Below are positions 1 to 9,296 of a DNA stretch of 64,000 bases, piece after piece. A program made the position numbers and the translations under genes. Source of the DNA: Candidatus Latescibacterota bacterium (GTDB lineage: Bacteria; Latescibacterota; UBA2968; UBA8231); the NCBI GenBank assembly GCA_965208105.1, contig OZ242318.1, positions 1,120,001-1,184,000 of the forward strand, given 5' to 3'. Every line of letters starts with the position of its first letter. The stretch's first letter is position 1. The notes under the pieces are model-generated. The model ran no database searches, was not told the origin of the DNA, and was given only the letters and a program-made list of their open reading frames with translations.

Positions 1-1
1 G

Positions 2-2575
2 CCGAGCCTGGACCGGGACCTGATGGCTCTCAGCCAGCGGGGGTCGCGCCTGATGCCGGTGGGCTTCTACTACAAGACTTTCATGCGGCCCCGGGCCCTG
101 TGGCCCCTCTACGAGCGCATCCTGCGCCGCGCCGCCGGGCTGGGAAGCATCGATCCCCTGTCCGCTCCGGGTTCCTTCGACAAGCAGTACCTGCACGCCG
201 ACGTGGCCGTTGTCGGCGGCGGCCCGGCCGGAATCAGCGCCGCCATTGGCGCCGCCCGGCGCGGAGCCAGGGTCCTCCTCTTCGACGACCAGCCGGCATT
301 GGGCGGCCACCTGCGATACAGCCCCGCGGCTTCGTCCAGCCTCGGCGAGCTTCTCGGGGAGCTGGCGCGGCAGCCCGGCATCGAGGTCTTCGCCGACACC
401 GCGGTCTTCGGCTGCTACCAGGACCTCTGGCTGGGAGCGGTCAGGGGGCCGCGGCTGTTCAAGCTGCGGGCCCGCGCCCTGGTAGTGGCCGGCGGCGCCG
501 GTGAGATCCCGCTGCTCTTCGACGACAACGACCTTCCGGGGGTCATGCTGGGCAGCGCGGTGCAGCGCCTCCTCCACCTATACGCAGTGGCGCCCGGGCG
601 CAGAGCGGTGGTGGTCACCGCCAACGACGACGGCTGGGAGGTGGCCGCCGACCTCCACCGCGCCGGGGTCGAGGTCGCCGCCGTCGCCGACGAACGCGGC
701 CCCGGGGACAACCCCCGCGCCGGCGAACTGGAGGCCGCCGGCATCGAGATCTGCTACCGGCACACCATTGCCGCCGCCCGCGGAGGGACGGCGGTGGAGG
801 GGGCGGTGGTCGCCGCCCTGGGCCCCGACGGCCAACCGCGGAAGGGCACCGAGCGCAGCTTCGACTGCGACCTGGTCAGCCTGAGCGTGGGCTGGGCACC
901 GGCCCCGGACCTGGCCTACATGGCGGGCGCCCGGGCGGGCTACGACGAGGAGTGCGCCGCCATCCTTCCCTCCGGGCTGCCGCCCGGACTCTTCGTGGCC
1001 GGCAGGGCCAACGGCACCCGGGACCTGGAGGACCAGCGCGCCGAAGGCCTCTTCGCCGGGGCCAGCGCCGCGGCGGGGCTCGGGCTGGGTCCCGCCCCCG
1101 ATCCCGCCGCCGGCCTCGAGGGCGCCCCGAAGCTGGAAACCTCGACCAGGGTGCTGGTGCCCGGCAGGAGCAAGCGCTTCCTCTGCTTCTGCGAGGACGT
1201 CACCGACGAGGACGTGCACACCGCCGTCGCCGAGGGCTACGACAGCATCGAACTGCTCAAACGCTACAGCACCATCTCCATGGGGCCGTGCCAGGGCAGG
1301 ATGTGCGGGCTCAACAGCGTCCATCTCTGCGCCCGCGCCAACCGCCGCAGCGTGCAGGCCACCGGCAAGACCACCTCGCGGCCTCCCGTCGCCCCGGTGA
1401 CTCTCGGGGCCCTGGCCGGACAGCGCATGGAGCCGGTGCAGCTCACCCCCCTGCACCAGTGGCACATGGAGCGCGGGGCGCGCACCATGAGGGCGGGCCT
1501 CTGGCTGCGCCCCGAGCACTACGGCGACCCCGCCGCCGAGGTCGAGGCGGTGCGCCGGCGGGTCGGGCTCATCGACGTGAGCACCCTGGGAAAGCTGCAG
1601 CTCACCGGTCCCGGCGCTCCCGGCCTGCTGGAGCGCATCTACGCCAACCAGTGGCGCCGCCTGCAGGTGGGCAGGGTGCGCTACGGGGTCATGTGCAACG
1701 ACGAAGGGGTGGTCATGGACGACGGGGTCTGCGCCCGCACCGGGGAGCGGGAGTGGTACCTGAGCACCACCTCCTCCGGCGCCGGAGCCGTCTTCGAGTG
1801 GATGCAGTGGTGGATGCAGTCCGGCTGGGGAGAGGGGGTCCACCTGACCGATCTCACCGATACCTTCGCGGCCTTCAACCTGGCCGGGCCCCTGGCCCGG
1901 GCAACCCTGGAGAAGCTCACCCGGCGCAACCTGGCCAACGCCGCCTTCCCCTACATGCGGGTGCGCCGCGCCCGGGTCGCGGGAGTGCTCTGCCGCCTGC
2001 TGCGCATCGGCTTCACCGGAGAGCTCTCCTACGAGATTCACTGCCCTGCCGCCTATGGGCTCCACGTGTGGGAGGCCCTGATGGAGGCCGGCGCCGAGTT
2101 CGGCATCCTCCCCTTCGGGGTCGAAGCCCAGCGCGTCCTGCGCCTGGAGAAGGGCCACATCATCGTGGGCCAGGACACCGACGCCCTCACCGACCCCTTC
2201 GCCGCCAACATGGAGTGGGCGGTGAAGCTGGACAAGAAGGACTTTCTGGGTAAGCGCAGCCTGCTGCGGATCTCCAGGAGCGGCCCCAAACAGTCGCTGG
2301 TGGGCTTCAAGACCGAGCGCCCGGGCTTCGTTCCCGACGAGGGGCTGCAGGTGGTGGAGCCCAGGTCCGGGGGCCGCCCGCAGATCGTGGGCTGGATCAC
2401 CTCGTGCCGGTTAAGCCCCACCTTGCAGGAGACCATCGGGCTGTGCTGGCTGCCCGCGGCACTCGCCGCCCGCAACGGCGCTTCCTTCTCCATCTACGCC
2501 GGCGGCAGGCTCGAGGGCGCCCGGGTCTTCCACGGATCATTCTACGATCTCGAGGGAGAAAGGCTGCGGATGTGA
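2..2575 (+). CDS. soxA: Sarcosine oxidase alpha-subunit-like / N-methylglutamate dehydrogenase large subunit (5'-truncated by window)
   Basis: GFYYKTFM motif, GGGPAG FAD site, CFCEDV...ELLKRY..MGPCQG, GcvT-like C-terminus (IGFTGELSYEI, LRLEKGH); frame is open from the window edge. Confidence 0.85.
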   Translation, partial: PSLDRDLMALSQRGSRLMPVGFYYKTFMRPRALWPLYERILRRAAGLGSIDPLSAPGSFDKQYLHADVAVVGGGPAGISAAIGAARRGARVLLFDDQPALGGHLRYSPAASSSLGELLGELARQPGIEVFADTAVFGCYQDLWLGAVRGPRLFKLRARALVVAGGAGEIPLLFDDNDLPGVMLGSAVQRLLHLYAVAPGRRAVVVTANDDGWEVAADLHRAGVEVAAVADERGPGDNPRAGELEAAGIEICYRHTIAAARGGTAVEGAVVAALGPDGQPRKGTERSFDCDLVSLSVGWAPAPDLAYMAGARAGYDEECAAILPSGLPPGLFVAGRANGTRDLEDQRAEGLFAGASAAAGLGLGPAPDPAAGLEGAPKLETSTRVLVPGRSKRFLCFCEDVTDEDVHTAVAEGYDSIELLKRYSTISMGPCQGRMCGLNSVHLCARANRRSVQATGKTTSRPPVAPVTLGALAGQRMEPVQLTPLHQWHMERGARTMRAGLWLRPEHYGDPAAEVEAVRRRVGLIDVSTLGKLQLTGPGAPGLLERIYANQWRRLQVGRVRYGVMCNDEGVVMDDGVCARTGEREWYLSTTSSGAGAVFEWMQWWMQSGWGEGVHLTDLTDTFAAFNLAGPLARATLEKLTRRNLANAAFPYMRVRRARVAGVLCRLLRIGFTGELSYEIHCPAAYGLHVWEALMEAGAEFGILPFGVEAQRVLRLEKGHIIVGQDTDALTDPFAANMEWAVKLDKKDFLGKRSLLRISRSGPKQSLVGFKTERPGFVPDEGLQVVEPRSGGRPQIVGWITSCRLSPTLQETIGLCWLPAALAARNGASFSIYAGGRLEGARVFHGSFYDLEGERLRM

Positions 2576-3276
2576 GCACGGTTGCCGCGCCCACCAGGCT
2601 GACCCCCATCTACGCCATCGCCCGCGGCCTCGAGGCGGAGTTCGTCGAGCACCACGGCTGGCGCGTCGCCGCGGTCTATTCCACGATGGAGGCGGAGCTG
2701 GCGCAGGCGCGGAGCGCGGTGGCGCTGGCGGACGAAACCCCGAGGGGCAAGATCCGGATCGAAGGAGACGGGGCCGAGGCGGTGCTGGAAGCCGCCTTCG
2801 CTCCGGGGGCCCTGGAGGTGGGAGCCGGAGCGGCCGTTGACTACGGGCACCTCTACCGCCTGCGCCCCGACCTCTTCTACCTCAGCACCGGTCCCGGCGT
2901 CGAGGAGGCGGCCCGGGAGGAGGCGGCCGCGGCGGCGGAATCGGCGGGCCTCCTGGTCAGCGCCACCGACATAACCCACGGCTGCGCCGAAATCCGGGTG
3001 GTGGGCCCGTCCAGCCCCGGGCTGATGAGCAAGGTGTGCGGCCTCGACTTCGACCAGGCGGCATTTCCGAACGGCGGCGCGCGGCAGTCCAGCGTGGCCA
3101 GAACCGCCCAGACCATCATCCGCCGCGACATCGGCTCCCTGCCGGCCTACTCCCTGGTGGGAGCGCGCTCGCTGGGCGCCTACCTCTGGACCACCCTGGC
3201 CGAGGCGGGCGGCGAGTGGGGGCTGGCGCCCCTGGGGCGGAATGCCCTGGAGGCACTGAAGAAGGCAGGAGGCTGA
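2572..3276 (+). CDS. soxG: Sarcosine oxidase gamma-subunit-like (GcvT-fold) protein
   Basis: GTG start overlapping the upstream stop (GTGA); LMSKVCGLDF...F..G.ARQSSVA motif typical of SoxG. Confidence 0.7.
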   Translation: MSTVAAPTRLTPIYAIARGLEAEFVEHHGWRVAAVYSTMEAELAQARSAVALADETPRGKIRIEGDGAEAVLEAAFAPGALEVGAGAAVDYGHLYRLRPDLFYLSTGPGVEEAAREEAAAAAESAGLLVSATDITHGCAEIRVVGPSSPGLMSKVCGLDFDQAAFPNGGARQSSVARTAQTIIRRDIGSLPAYSLVGARSLGAYLWTTLAEAGGEWGLAPLGRNALEALKKAGG

Positions 3277-3353
3277 AGAACAGGGCGCCCGCCCGGGGCG
3301 CATGATCCGAGTGCAGCGTTGACCACAACCCCAACATCTCGAGGAGACCTCTC

Positions 3354-4688
3354 ATGACACTGGACCAGGTCAAGAAACTGATCAAAGACCAAAAGCTGGA
3401 ATTCTTCCTGTGCTCCTTCGTGGAGATGGGCGGCTTGCCCAAGGCCAAGCTGGTGCCCGCCACCCACGTGGAGGACATGGCCGCCGAGGGGGCCGGCTTC
3501 GCCGGCTTCGCCGCCGGCGAAATGAACCAGGGGCCCCACGACCCGGAGATGGCCAACATCCCGGACTTCGGCTCTCTCACCGTGGTGCCATGGCGCCCCA
3601 ACATGGCCTGGGTAGCGGGCAACATCACCGTTGAGGACGAGCCCTACCCCTACTGCCCCCGCACCATTCTGCAGCGCCAGTTGGACCGGGCCGCGGAGAA
3701 GGGCTTCACCTTCCACGTGGGCGTCGAGGCCGAGTTCATGCTCCTGCGCCGGGGCGAGGACGGAAGCTGCGCGCCCTACGATCCGCTGGACGTGCTCGAC
3801 AAGCCGTGCTACGACCTGGTCACCCTGCACCGCAATCTCGACATGATGACCACCCTCATCGGCTACATGCAGGACCTGGGCTGGGGGCCCTACGCCAACG
3901 ACCACGAAGACGCCAACTGCCAGTTCGAGATCAACTGGGAGTACTCCGACGCCCTGGCCACCGCCGACCGCTACACCTTCTTCCGCTGGATGGTCAAGAC
4001 CGTGGCGGAGGACCATGGTCTGCTGGCCACCTTCATGCCCAAACCCATTCCCCATCTGACCGGCTGCGGCGCCCACTTCCACATGAGCCTGTGGGACGAG
4101 AAGAAGGAGCACAACTTCTTCCTCGACGAGGAGGACGAAAACGGCCTGTCGCAGCAGGCCTACTGGTTCATGGGCGGCATCCTCCGGCACGCCCAGGCGC
4201 TGGCCGCCGTCAACACCCCAATCGTCAACAGCTACAAGCGCCTGACCCGCGGCGCCCCGCGCTCGGGTGCCTCGTGGGCGCCGGTCTACATCACCTACGG
4301 CGGCTCCAACCGCACCCAGATGGTGCGCATCCCGGCTCCGGGACGCATCGAGAACCGCGCCATCGACGGGGCGGTCAACCCCTACCTGGCCTCTGCCGCC
4401 ATACTCGGCGCCGGCCTCGACGGCATCGAGAACAAGATCGACCCGGGGACGCGCAACACCGACAATCTCTACGAGGTGGAGGAAGACGAGCTGCGCCGGC
4501 GCGGAATCGGTTTCCTGCCCGACACCCTCAAGGAGGCCGCCGACCACCTGGCCGCCGACGATGTGGTCCGCGAGGCCCTGGGGACCGAGTACGCCGACTA
4601 CTACGTGGAGGTCAAGCACGCCGAGTGGCGCGAGTACCACCAGAGCGTGGCCCAGTGGGAGCTGGACCGCTACCTGCCGGTCTACTGA
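3354..4688 (+). CDS. glnT: Type III glutamate-ammonia ligase (GlnT / gamma-glutamylmethylamide synthetase-like)
   Basis: KAKLVP..GAGFAGFA, DHEDANCQFEIN, TFMPKP, NSYKRL, NRTQMVRIP, NPYLA motifs; GAGGAG SD. Confidence 0.85.
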   Translation: MTLDQVKKLIKDQKLEFFLCSFVEMGGLPKAKLVPATHVEDMAAEGAGFAGFAAGEMNQGPHDPEMANIPDFGSLTVVPWRPNMAWVAGNITVEDEPYPYCPRTILQRQLDRAAEKGFTFHVGVEAEFMLLRRGEDGSCAPYDPLDVLDKPCYDLVTLHRNLDMMTTLIGYMQDLGWGPYANDHEDANCQFEINWEYSDALATADRYTFFRWMVKTVAEDHGLLATFMPKPIPHLTGCGAHFHMSLWDEKKEHNFFLDEEDENGLSQQAYWFMGGILRHAQALAAVNTPIVNSYKRLTRGAPRSGASWAPVYITYGGSNRTQMVRIPAPGRIENRAIDGAVNPYLASAAILGAGLDGIENKIDPGTRNTDNLYEVEEDELRRRGIGFLPDTLKEAADHLAADDVVREALGTEYADYYVEVKHAEWREYHQSVAQWELDRYLPVY

Positions 4689-4706
4689 TCCGGCGCGGGA
4701 GTAGCG

Positions 4707-5732
4707 CTAGAAGCGGCCCTGGCGCGACTCGTAGCCGGTGGGCTTGCCCAGACTCCTGCCCCCGGCGCGCACCCAGCGGGCCATCCAGCGGATAATGCGC
4801 CGCGGGGAAACCGCGGGAGGGCCGAGGCGCGCGACCAGGTCGGAGGCGTCACCCAGCAGCGCGCTCTCCTCCTCGGCCCCGGCGAAGAGCGGTTCCACTC
4901 CCAGCTCCCGGCCCAGGTCCAGGGCGATGCGGCGCACCGTGAGCACCTGGGGACCGGTGATGTTGATGACGGCGGGCGGACTGCCGCACAGGGGGAAGAG
5001 GCGGGCAAGGTAGGCGTTGGCGTCCCCCTGCCAGATCTGGTTGACGTGGCCCGTGCGCAAGTCGATGGGCTCCCGGCGCCACACCTTCCAGGCGATGTCG
5101 TGGATGATGCCGTAGCGCAGCTCGGTGGCGTAGAACAGACGCGCGATCGCCAACGGCGTCCCCAGCCTTGCGGACCAGAAGGCGGCCACGCGCTCGCCGC
5201 CCAGACGCGACCAGGCGTACTCGCCCACGGGACCCGGTTCCCCCTCCTCACCGGAACCCTTCCCCGACGCCGGAGCGAAGGCATAGACGTTGCCCGAGCT
5301 CAGGTAGACGATCCTGGACCGACTGTAGCGCCGCACCACCTGCCCCGGCAGCCAGGCATTGGTGGCCCATGTCGCCCCCTCGTTGCCCGTGGCGCCGAAC
5401 TTGTAGCCCACCAGCAGGAAGACAGAGGGCGCATCGGGCAGCGCCGCCAGCGCGTCCTCATCGAGCAAATCGGCGCTGATCGTCTCCACCCCGATCCCCT
5501 CCAGGTAGCGCCGCTCCCCAAGCCGTGAAAACCGGGAAACGGCAACGACCCTGGGAGCCCCACCGCGCACCAGCAACTCCGCCAGCGAAGGCCCCATCTT
5601 GCCCCCGGCGCCGAGAATGAGGACGGGGCCGTTTAGCTGCCGCAGCGCCTCCCTGACCGCCTCCGATGGCCTGGTCATGCGCTCCACCAGCGCCTCTTCT
5701 GTCTCGATGGGGTCAAGGCTGTCCTGGTTCAT
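4707..5732 (-). CDS. NAD-dependent epimerase/dehydratase
   Basis: ILGAGGKMG Rossmann motif, SSGNVY, YAWSR (YxxxK-like); start placed at MNQDS. Confidence 0.8.
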   Translation of the reverse strand: MNQDSLDPIETEEALVERMTRPSEAVREALRQLNGPVLILGAGGKMGPSLAELLVRGGAPRVVAVSRFSRLGERRYLEGIGVETISADLLDEDALAALPDAPSVFLLVGYKFGATGNEGATWATNAWLPGQVVRRYSRSRIVYLSSGNVYAFAPASGKGSGEEGEPGPVGEYAWSRLGGERVAAFWSARLGTPLAIARLFYATELRYGIIHDIAWKVWRREPIDLRTGHVNQIWQGDANAYLARLFPLCGSPPAVINITGPQVLTVRRIALDLGRELGVEPLFAGAEEESALLGDASDLVARLGPPAVSPRRIIRWMARWVRAGGRSLGKPTGYESRQGRF

Positions 5733-5872
5733 CTGGCTATTTCGGGAGAGGGCTCCCGCTCCGGGAATGGCTTGTGCGGCTGAACATAACGGGGCTTTAA
5801 TTTCTATCTGTTTGCCAGAGGGAGGCAAAGGAATGCCTAAGGCGTCCTAGCGGGTAGGCTAGGTCGGACAGG

Positions 5873-5901
5873 TTGACATGCCACCCAAGGAATGGTATCA
5901 C
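5873..5901 (+). promoter_or_regulatory. Putative sigma70 promoter for the HNH gene
   Basis: TTGACA-N17-TATCAC with TG extension. Confidence 0.5.
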
Positions 5902-6039
5902 TAGCGGCGTAGATTAAAAATGGATAAATTAACCTGAAGCGATATTGACAAATTAACTTGGCCAGCTCCAGATATTGTGTATCGAGTACTACCCCTATCG
6001 CGATTATTCATTGATAGGAAGAATTGTTGAGTCAATGCC

Positions 6040-7148
6040 ATGAAGTATTTACCCGAGTCAGATCGACTTGATATCGCATCTCTGAGCGGGTTGTTCAGGA
6101 ATACAACCAACTCGTATAAATTTCTCTTCTTTCTCTCTATCCTGAATATACTCAAGGAAAAGCATTTCGCTGATGATAAAGGCATACTTTTGCGAGAACT
6201 ACAGAGTGAGATGCTGGTTATAGCTTGGTATCCAAATATTTTTTTCAAGTTGTCCTTTGGTTCTCAGGACATGATTTCTTCCGCATTGAAAAAGATACCG
6301 GATGCTGGCAACGAAAAAAATTTTCTGTCCAGAAATGGTCTAAAAACCTTGCGGAGCTGTATTGAAAAGACATATGACCAAAACCAGATTCATAATTTGA
6401 TTCGCTTTGTACCCACCCGAATTTTGCGGCCTTTTTTTCCGATGAAACCAGAGGTATGAAGGATTATTTGATAGAACAAGAAATACCAGAGCTTGCTGAA
6501 AAACATTTCCTGGAACGACGCCCGCTGTTTCGTTTCGACGATGTGCGGGAACGAATCATTCTGCATCGGGATTGGATAGAGTATCTGGATCGACACCATG
6601 CAATTGTTGAGGGTTGGGCAAGGTGGCACTGGGCGGATTATATGCAGCGACGGAATCCGAATATCCCTGCTGTGACGCGAAAACTGTTTCCTCCCGATCG
6701 GAGAGAATCCCTTGAAAAACAGCGGAAATTCTGGAACTCTGTAGTTGATCATGGGGAGATCCGCTGCATATACTCAGGTAGAAAGATCCATGATGATTAT
6801 GAATTGGATCACTTCTTACCTTGGCGTTTCGTCGCTCATAATCAGTTGTGGAACCTAATTCCTGTCGATCCAGCAGCAAACAGTGCCAAGAGTGATCATC
6901 TACCCGCTGTGAAATACATCGACCTCTTAGCTGAATCTCAGCGTAATGCTCTGTCTATTGCCCGGGATATATCTAGCAATGACAAGTGGAAAAAAGAAGT
7001 AGAGCCTTACATTACGGATCTTTACATTGATCAACCTGAAGATACCCTCGATCGGGATAAATTAAAGGATGCCTATCGCAGAACCTTGAAACCCTTGATG
7101 TCGATTGCAAAACAGCAGGGTTTTCAATCTGAGTGGAGATATTCTTGA
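6040..7148 (+). pseudogene. HNH endonuclease domain protein split by a frameshift at a T7 tract (ORFs 6040-6459 and 6456-7148)
   Basis: N-terminal TTNSYKFLFFLSIL; C-terminal CIYSG..DHFLPW..NLIP..N..KSD HNH motif; one extra T at 6432-6438 gives continuous LRPFFSDETRGMKDY. Confidence 0.7.
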
Positions 7149-7890
7149 GATTATCTCATTTCAGGCATGGATCGTTTTGACAACCCAATTGAACTCCTCG
7201 ACAAAATCGGTGGGACGCAAGCACCTTCCTCGAGCGGCAAGGGAACAATTTGTTTTGCTGGTCAGGCTGGACAATGTATCGCCGGATTTCTTAAAGCGAT
7301 CTCAGCACGCCGCGCTCGGACGATTATCGCGGGGCATTCCTGCACAGACTAGGCATCGCGAGTGAGGATGATCACGGCACCCACTGACCTTTAGTAGCCA
7401 GCGTTTTGATGGCTACGGTGGTATCTTCATCGGTGGCTTCCTATCTCCAATTTCCATACCCTTGCATCCCTTTGCACTGAAATTGAATTGAATGGCCCTG
7501 AAACAGACAACTCGATTTTGCCGATAACGGAGAACACCTCCCACCTCAGGTCTTCAACCAACATTTCTCCTCCTCCGACCAGGGGGGGTATTGAGTTGCT
7601 TCCCAAACCCTCGAGAGCGCCGCCGACCGCTTGGGCACGGACGAAGTGGGCAAGTGGCCCCAAAGAAGAGAGAAGGTCGGGCGCTGAGATGCCCCGCTTT
7701 TTTCAGCCTATCCGAACCTTTCGCCCGCCGGTTTCTTCTTGTAGGGTGAAAGAGGTGCCGCCGTGGCGACTCCGCCTGCTAACGCCGCCAGCTTCTCAAT
7801 GAACCTGGCCTGCAGAGTCTCAGGTCCCGACGGCTCCCTCCGAGCCCTAGAACACATCTGCGAAATACACCTGACAGAACGCCGGATTGT

Positions 7891-9228
7891 ATGGACAGCC
7901 AAGCCGACCTGGTGCGCCGCTGCCAGAGGGGCGATAGCACGGCATTTGCCCCGCTCCTGCGCCCCTACGAGTTCGCCCTGTCCGCGCTGATCCGCTACCG
8001 GATCGGCCACCCGCAGCATGCCGAGGATGTATTGCAGGAGGCGCTGGTGCAGGCTTGGACTCGGATCGGCACGCTTAAAGATCCAGGCAAGATTGGCCCC
8101 TGGCTGATGCAGATCGGCCGCAACCAATGCCACGATTTCTTCAAGAAGGCACAGCGGCGCGAAAAGCCCACCGAGGACGCAGCGCTGGCGCGGGCAGTCG
8201 ACAGGGACTCACTGCGGCGGCCTCGAAGGCAGTTGCAGCGTGACCAGGCCGCGCGTGCGTTGGAGCAGGTTCCCCAGCCCCAGCAGCAGGTCGCCCGCCT
8301 GCACTACCTGGAGGGCTTGAGCATCGCCGAAATAGCCGCCCGCGGCCAGTGGCCCCAGGGCACGGTCAAACGACATTTGTTCCAGGCGCGCCTGCACATG
8401 CGCCAGAACATGGGAATCACCGTTCCAGTAAGGAGCCCTGAAATGCGGACCCAAATTACCAGAGACCAGAAGGTCGGACAGCCCTTCCCCCGGCAGCGCC
8501 CCGAAATCGCCGTCCGCGAACTGGACCGGGCGCCCTTCGCGGTCGAATGCCCCGAGTTGCGCTGGTGGCTGGTGGTGCCGCGCCCGGGCGAGGAAGCGGT
8601 CCAGGCCACCTACAAAGCGCCCGATTGGCGCCTGGGCGGCGTTGCCCGCATGCGGGTGGCGCGTCCGGCCGCCGTGGACGGCCTGGACGGCGTGGAAATA
8701 GAGGTCGAGGAATGGGACCGGGACCATGAGGGCTGGCGCGATGCCGGCTGGTCCATGTGCGCCCGGGAGCATGGCGAGGAGATCCAGTACCTGGCGGTCA
8801 TTGGGCAGCAGGAGGAGGGGACCTCGATCAGCACCTATCTGAGCCAGAACTTCACCGATGGCTGGGGATGCATGAAGCGCCGCATCGAGGACAGGGGACG
8901 GTACGTGCGCCTGCAGGACGGCTCGTGGAAACAGGCCCACGACGCCGACAATCTCGACGCCAGCGGCGCCGGGATGTGCGAGGTGCGCATCGGCGGCAAT
9001 GTCTTCACCTGCCTGCGGGTGCTGCAGCTCGAAGGCCTGGTCTCCGAAGAGGACGCGCCCATCGACGAGGCCTACATCACCGCCGAGGGCCGCACTGTGC
9101 TGATCCGGGACTACGCCCACGACTGCTCTGACGACATCGACCTGGACCGCTCCCATGCCCTGTTGATCGACGGGCAGACGCTGTACCACTGGACGGACCG
9201 GGTGACCGGGGCGGGGATGGGGCTTTGA
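7891..9228 (+). CDS. ECF sigma-70 factor with about 260-aa C-terminal extension
   Basis: sigma2 AEDVLQEALVQAW..WLMQIGRNQC; sigma4 LHYLEGLSIAEIA..GTVKRHLFQAR. Confidence 0.85.
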   Translation: MDSQADLVRRCQRGDSTAFAPLLRPYEFALSALIRYRIGHPQHAEDVLQEALVQAWTRIGTLKDPGKIGPWLMQIGRNQCHDFFKKAQRREKPTEDAALARAVDRDSLRRPRRQLQRDQAARALEQVPQPQQQVARLHYLEGLSIAEIAARGQWPQGTVKRHLFQARLHMRQNMGITVPVRSPEMRTQITRDQKVGQPFPRQRPEIAVRELDRAPFAVECPELRWWLVVPRPGEEAVQATYKAPDWRLGGVARMRVARPAAVDGLDGVEIEVEEWDRDHEGWRDAGWSMCAREHGEEIQYLAVIGQQEEGTSISTYLSQNFTDGWGCMKRRIEDRGRYVRLQDGSWKQAHDADNLDASGAGMCEVRIGGNVFTCLRVLQLEGLVSEEDAPIDEAYITAEGRTVLIRDYAHDCSDDIDLDRSHALLIDGQTLYHWTDRVTGAGMGL

Positions 9229-9296
9229 GAGTTACAGCCAGCGCGCCCCTAGCCTGAGACATCAGCAGGAAGTTTGCAGGCCGTTCCTCCCTCCGC

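Noticed and set aside
5924-5977. Imperfect direct repeat AAATTAAC...GATATTG upstream of the HNH gene
   Set aside because: Two short AT-rich copies with uneven spacing and no cognate regulator nearby
7167-7352. 61-aa ORF after the HNH gene
   Set aside because: No SD and no recognisable motif; cannot be supported
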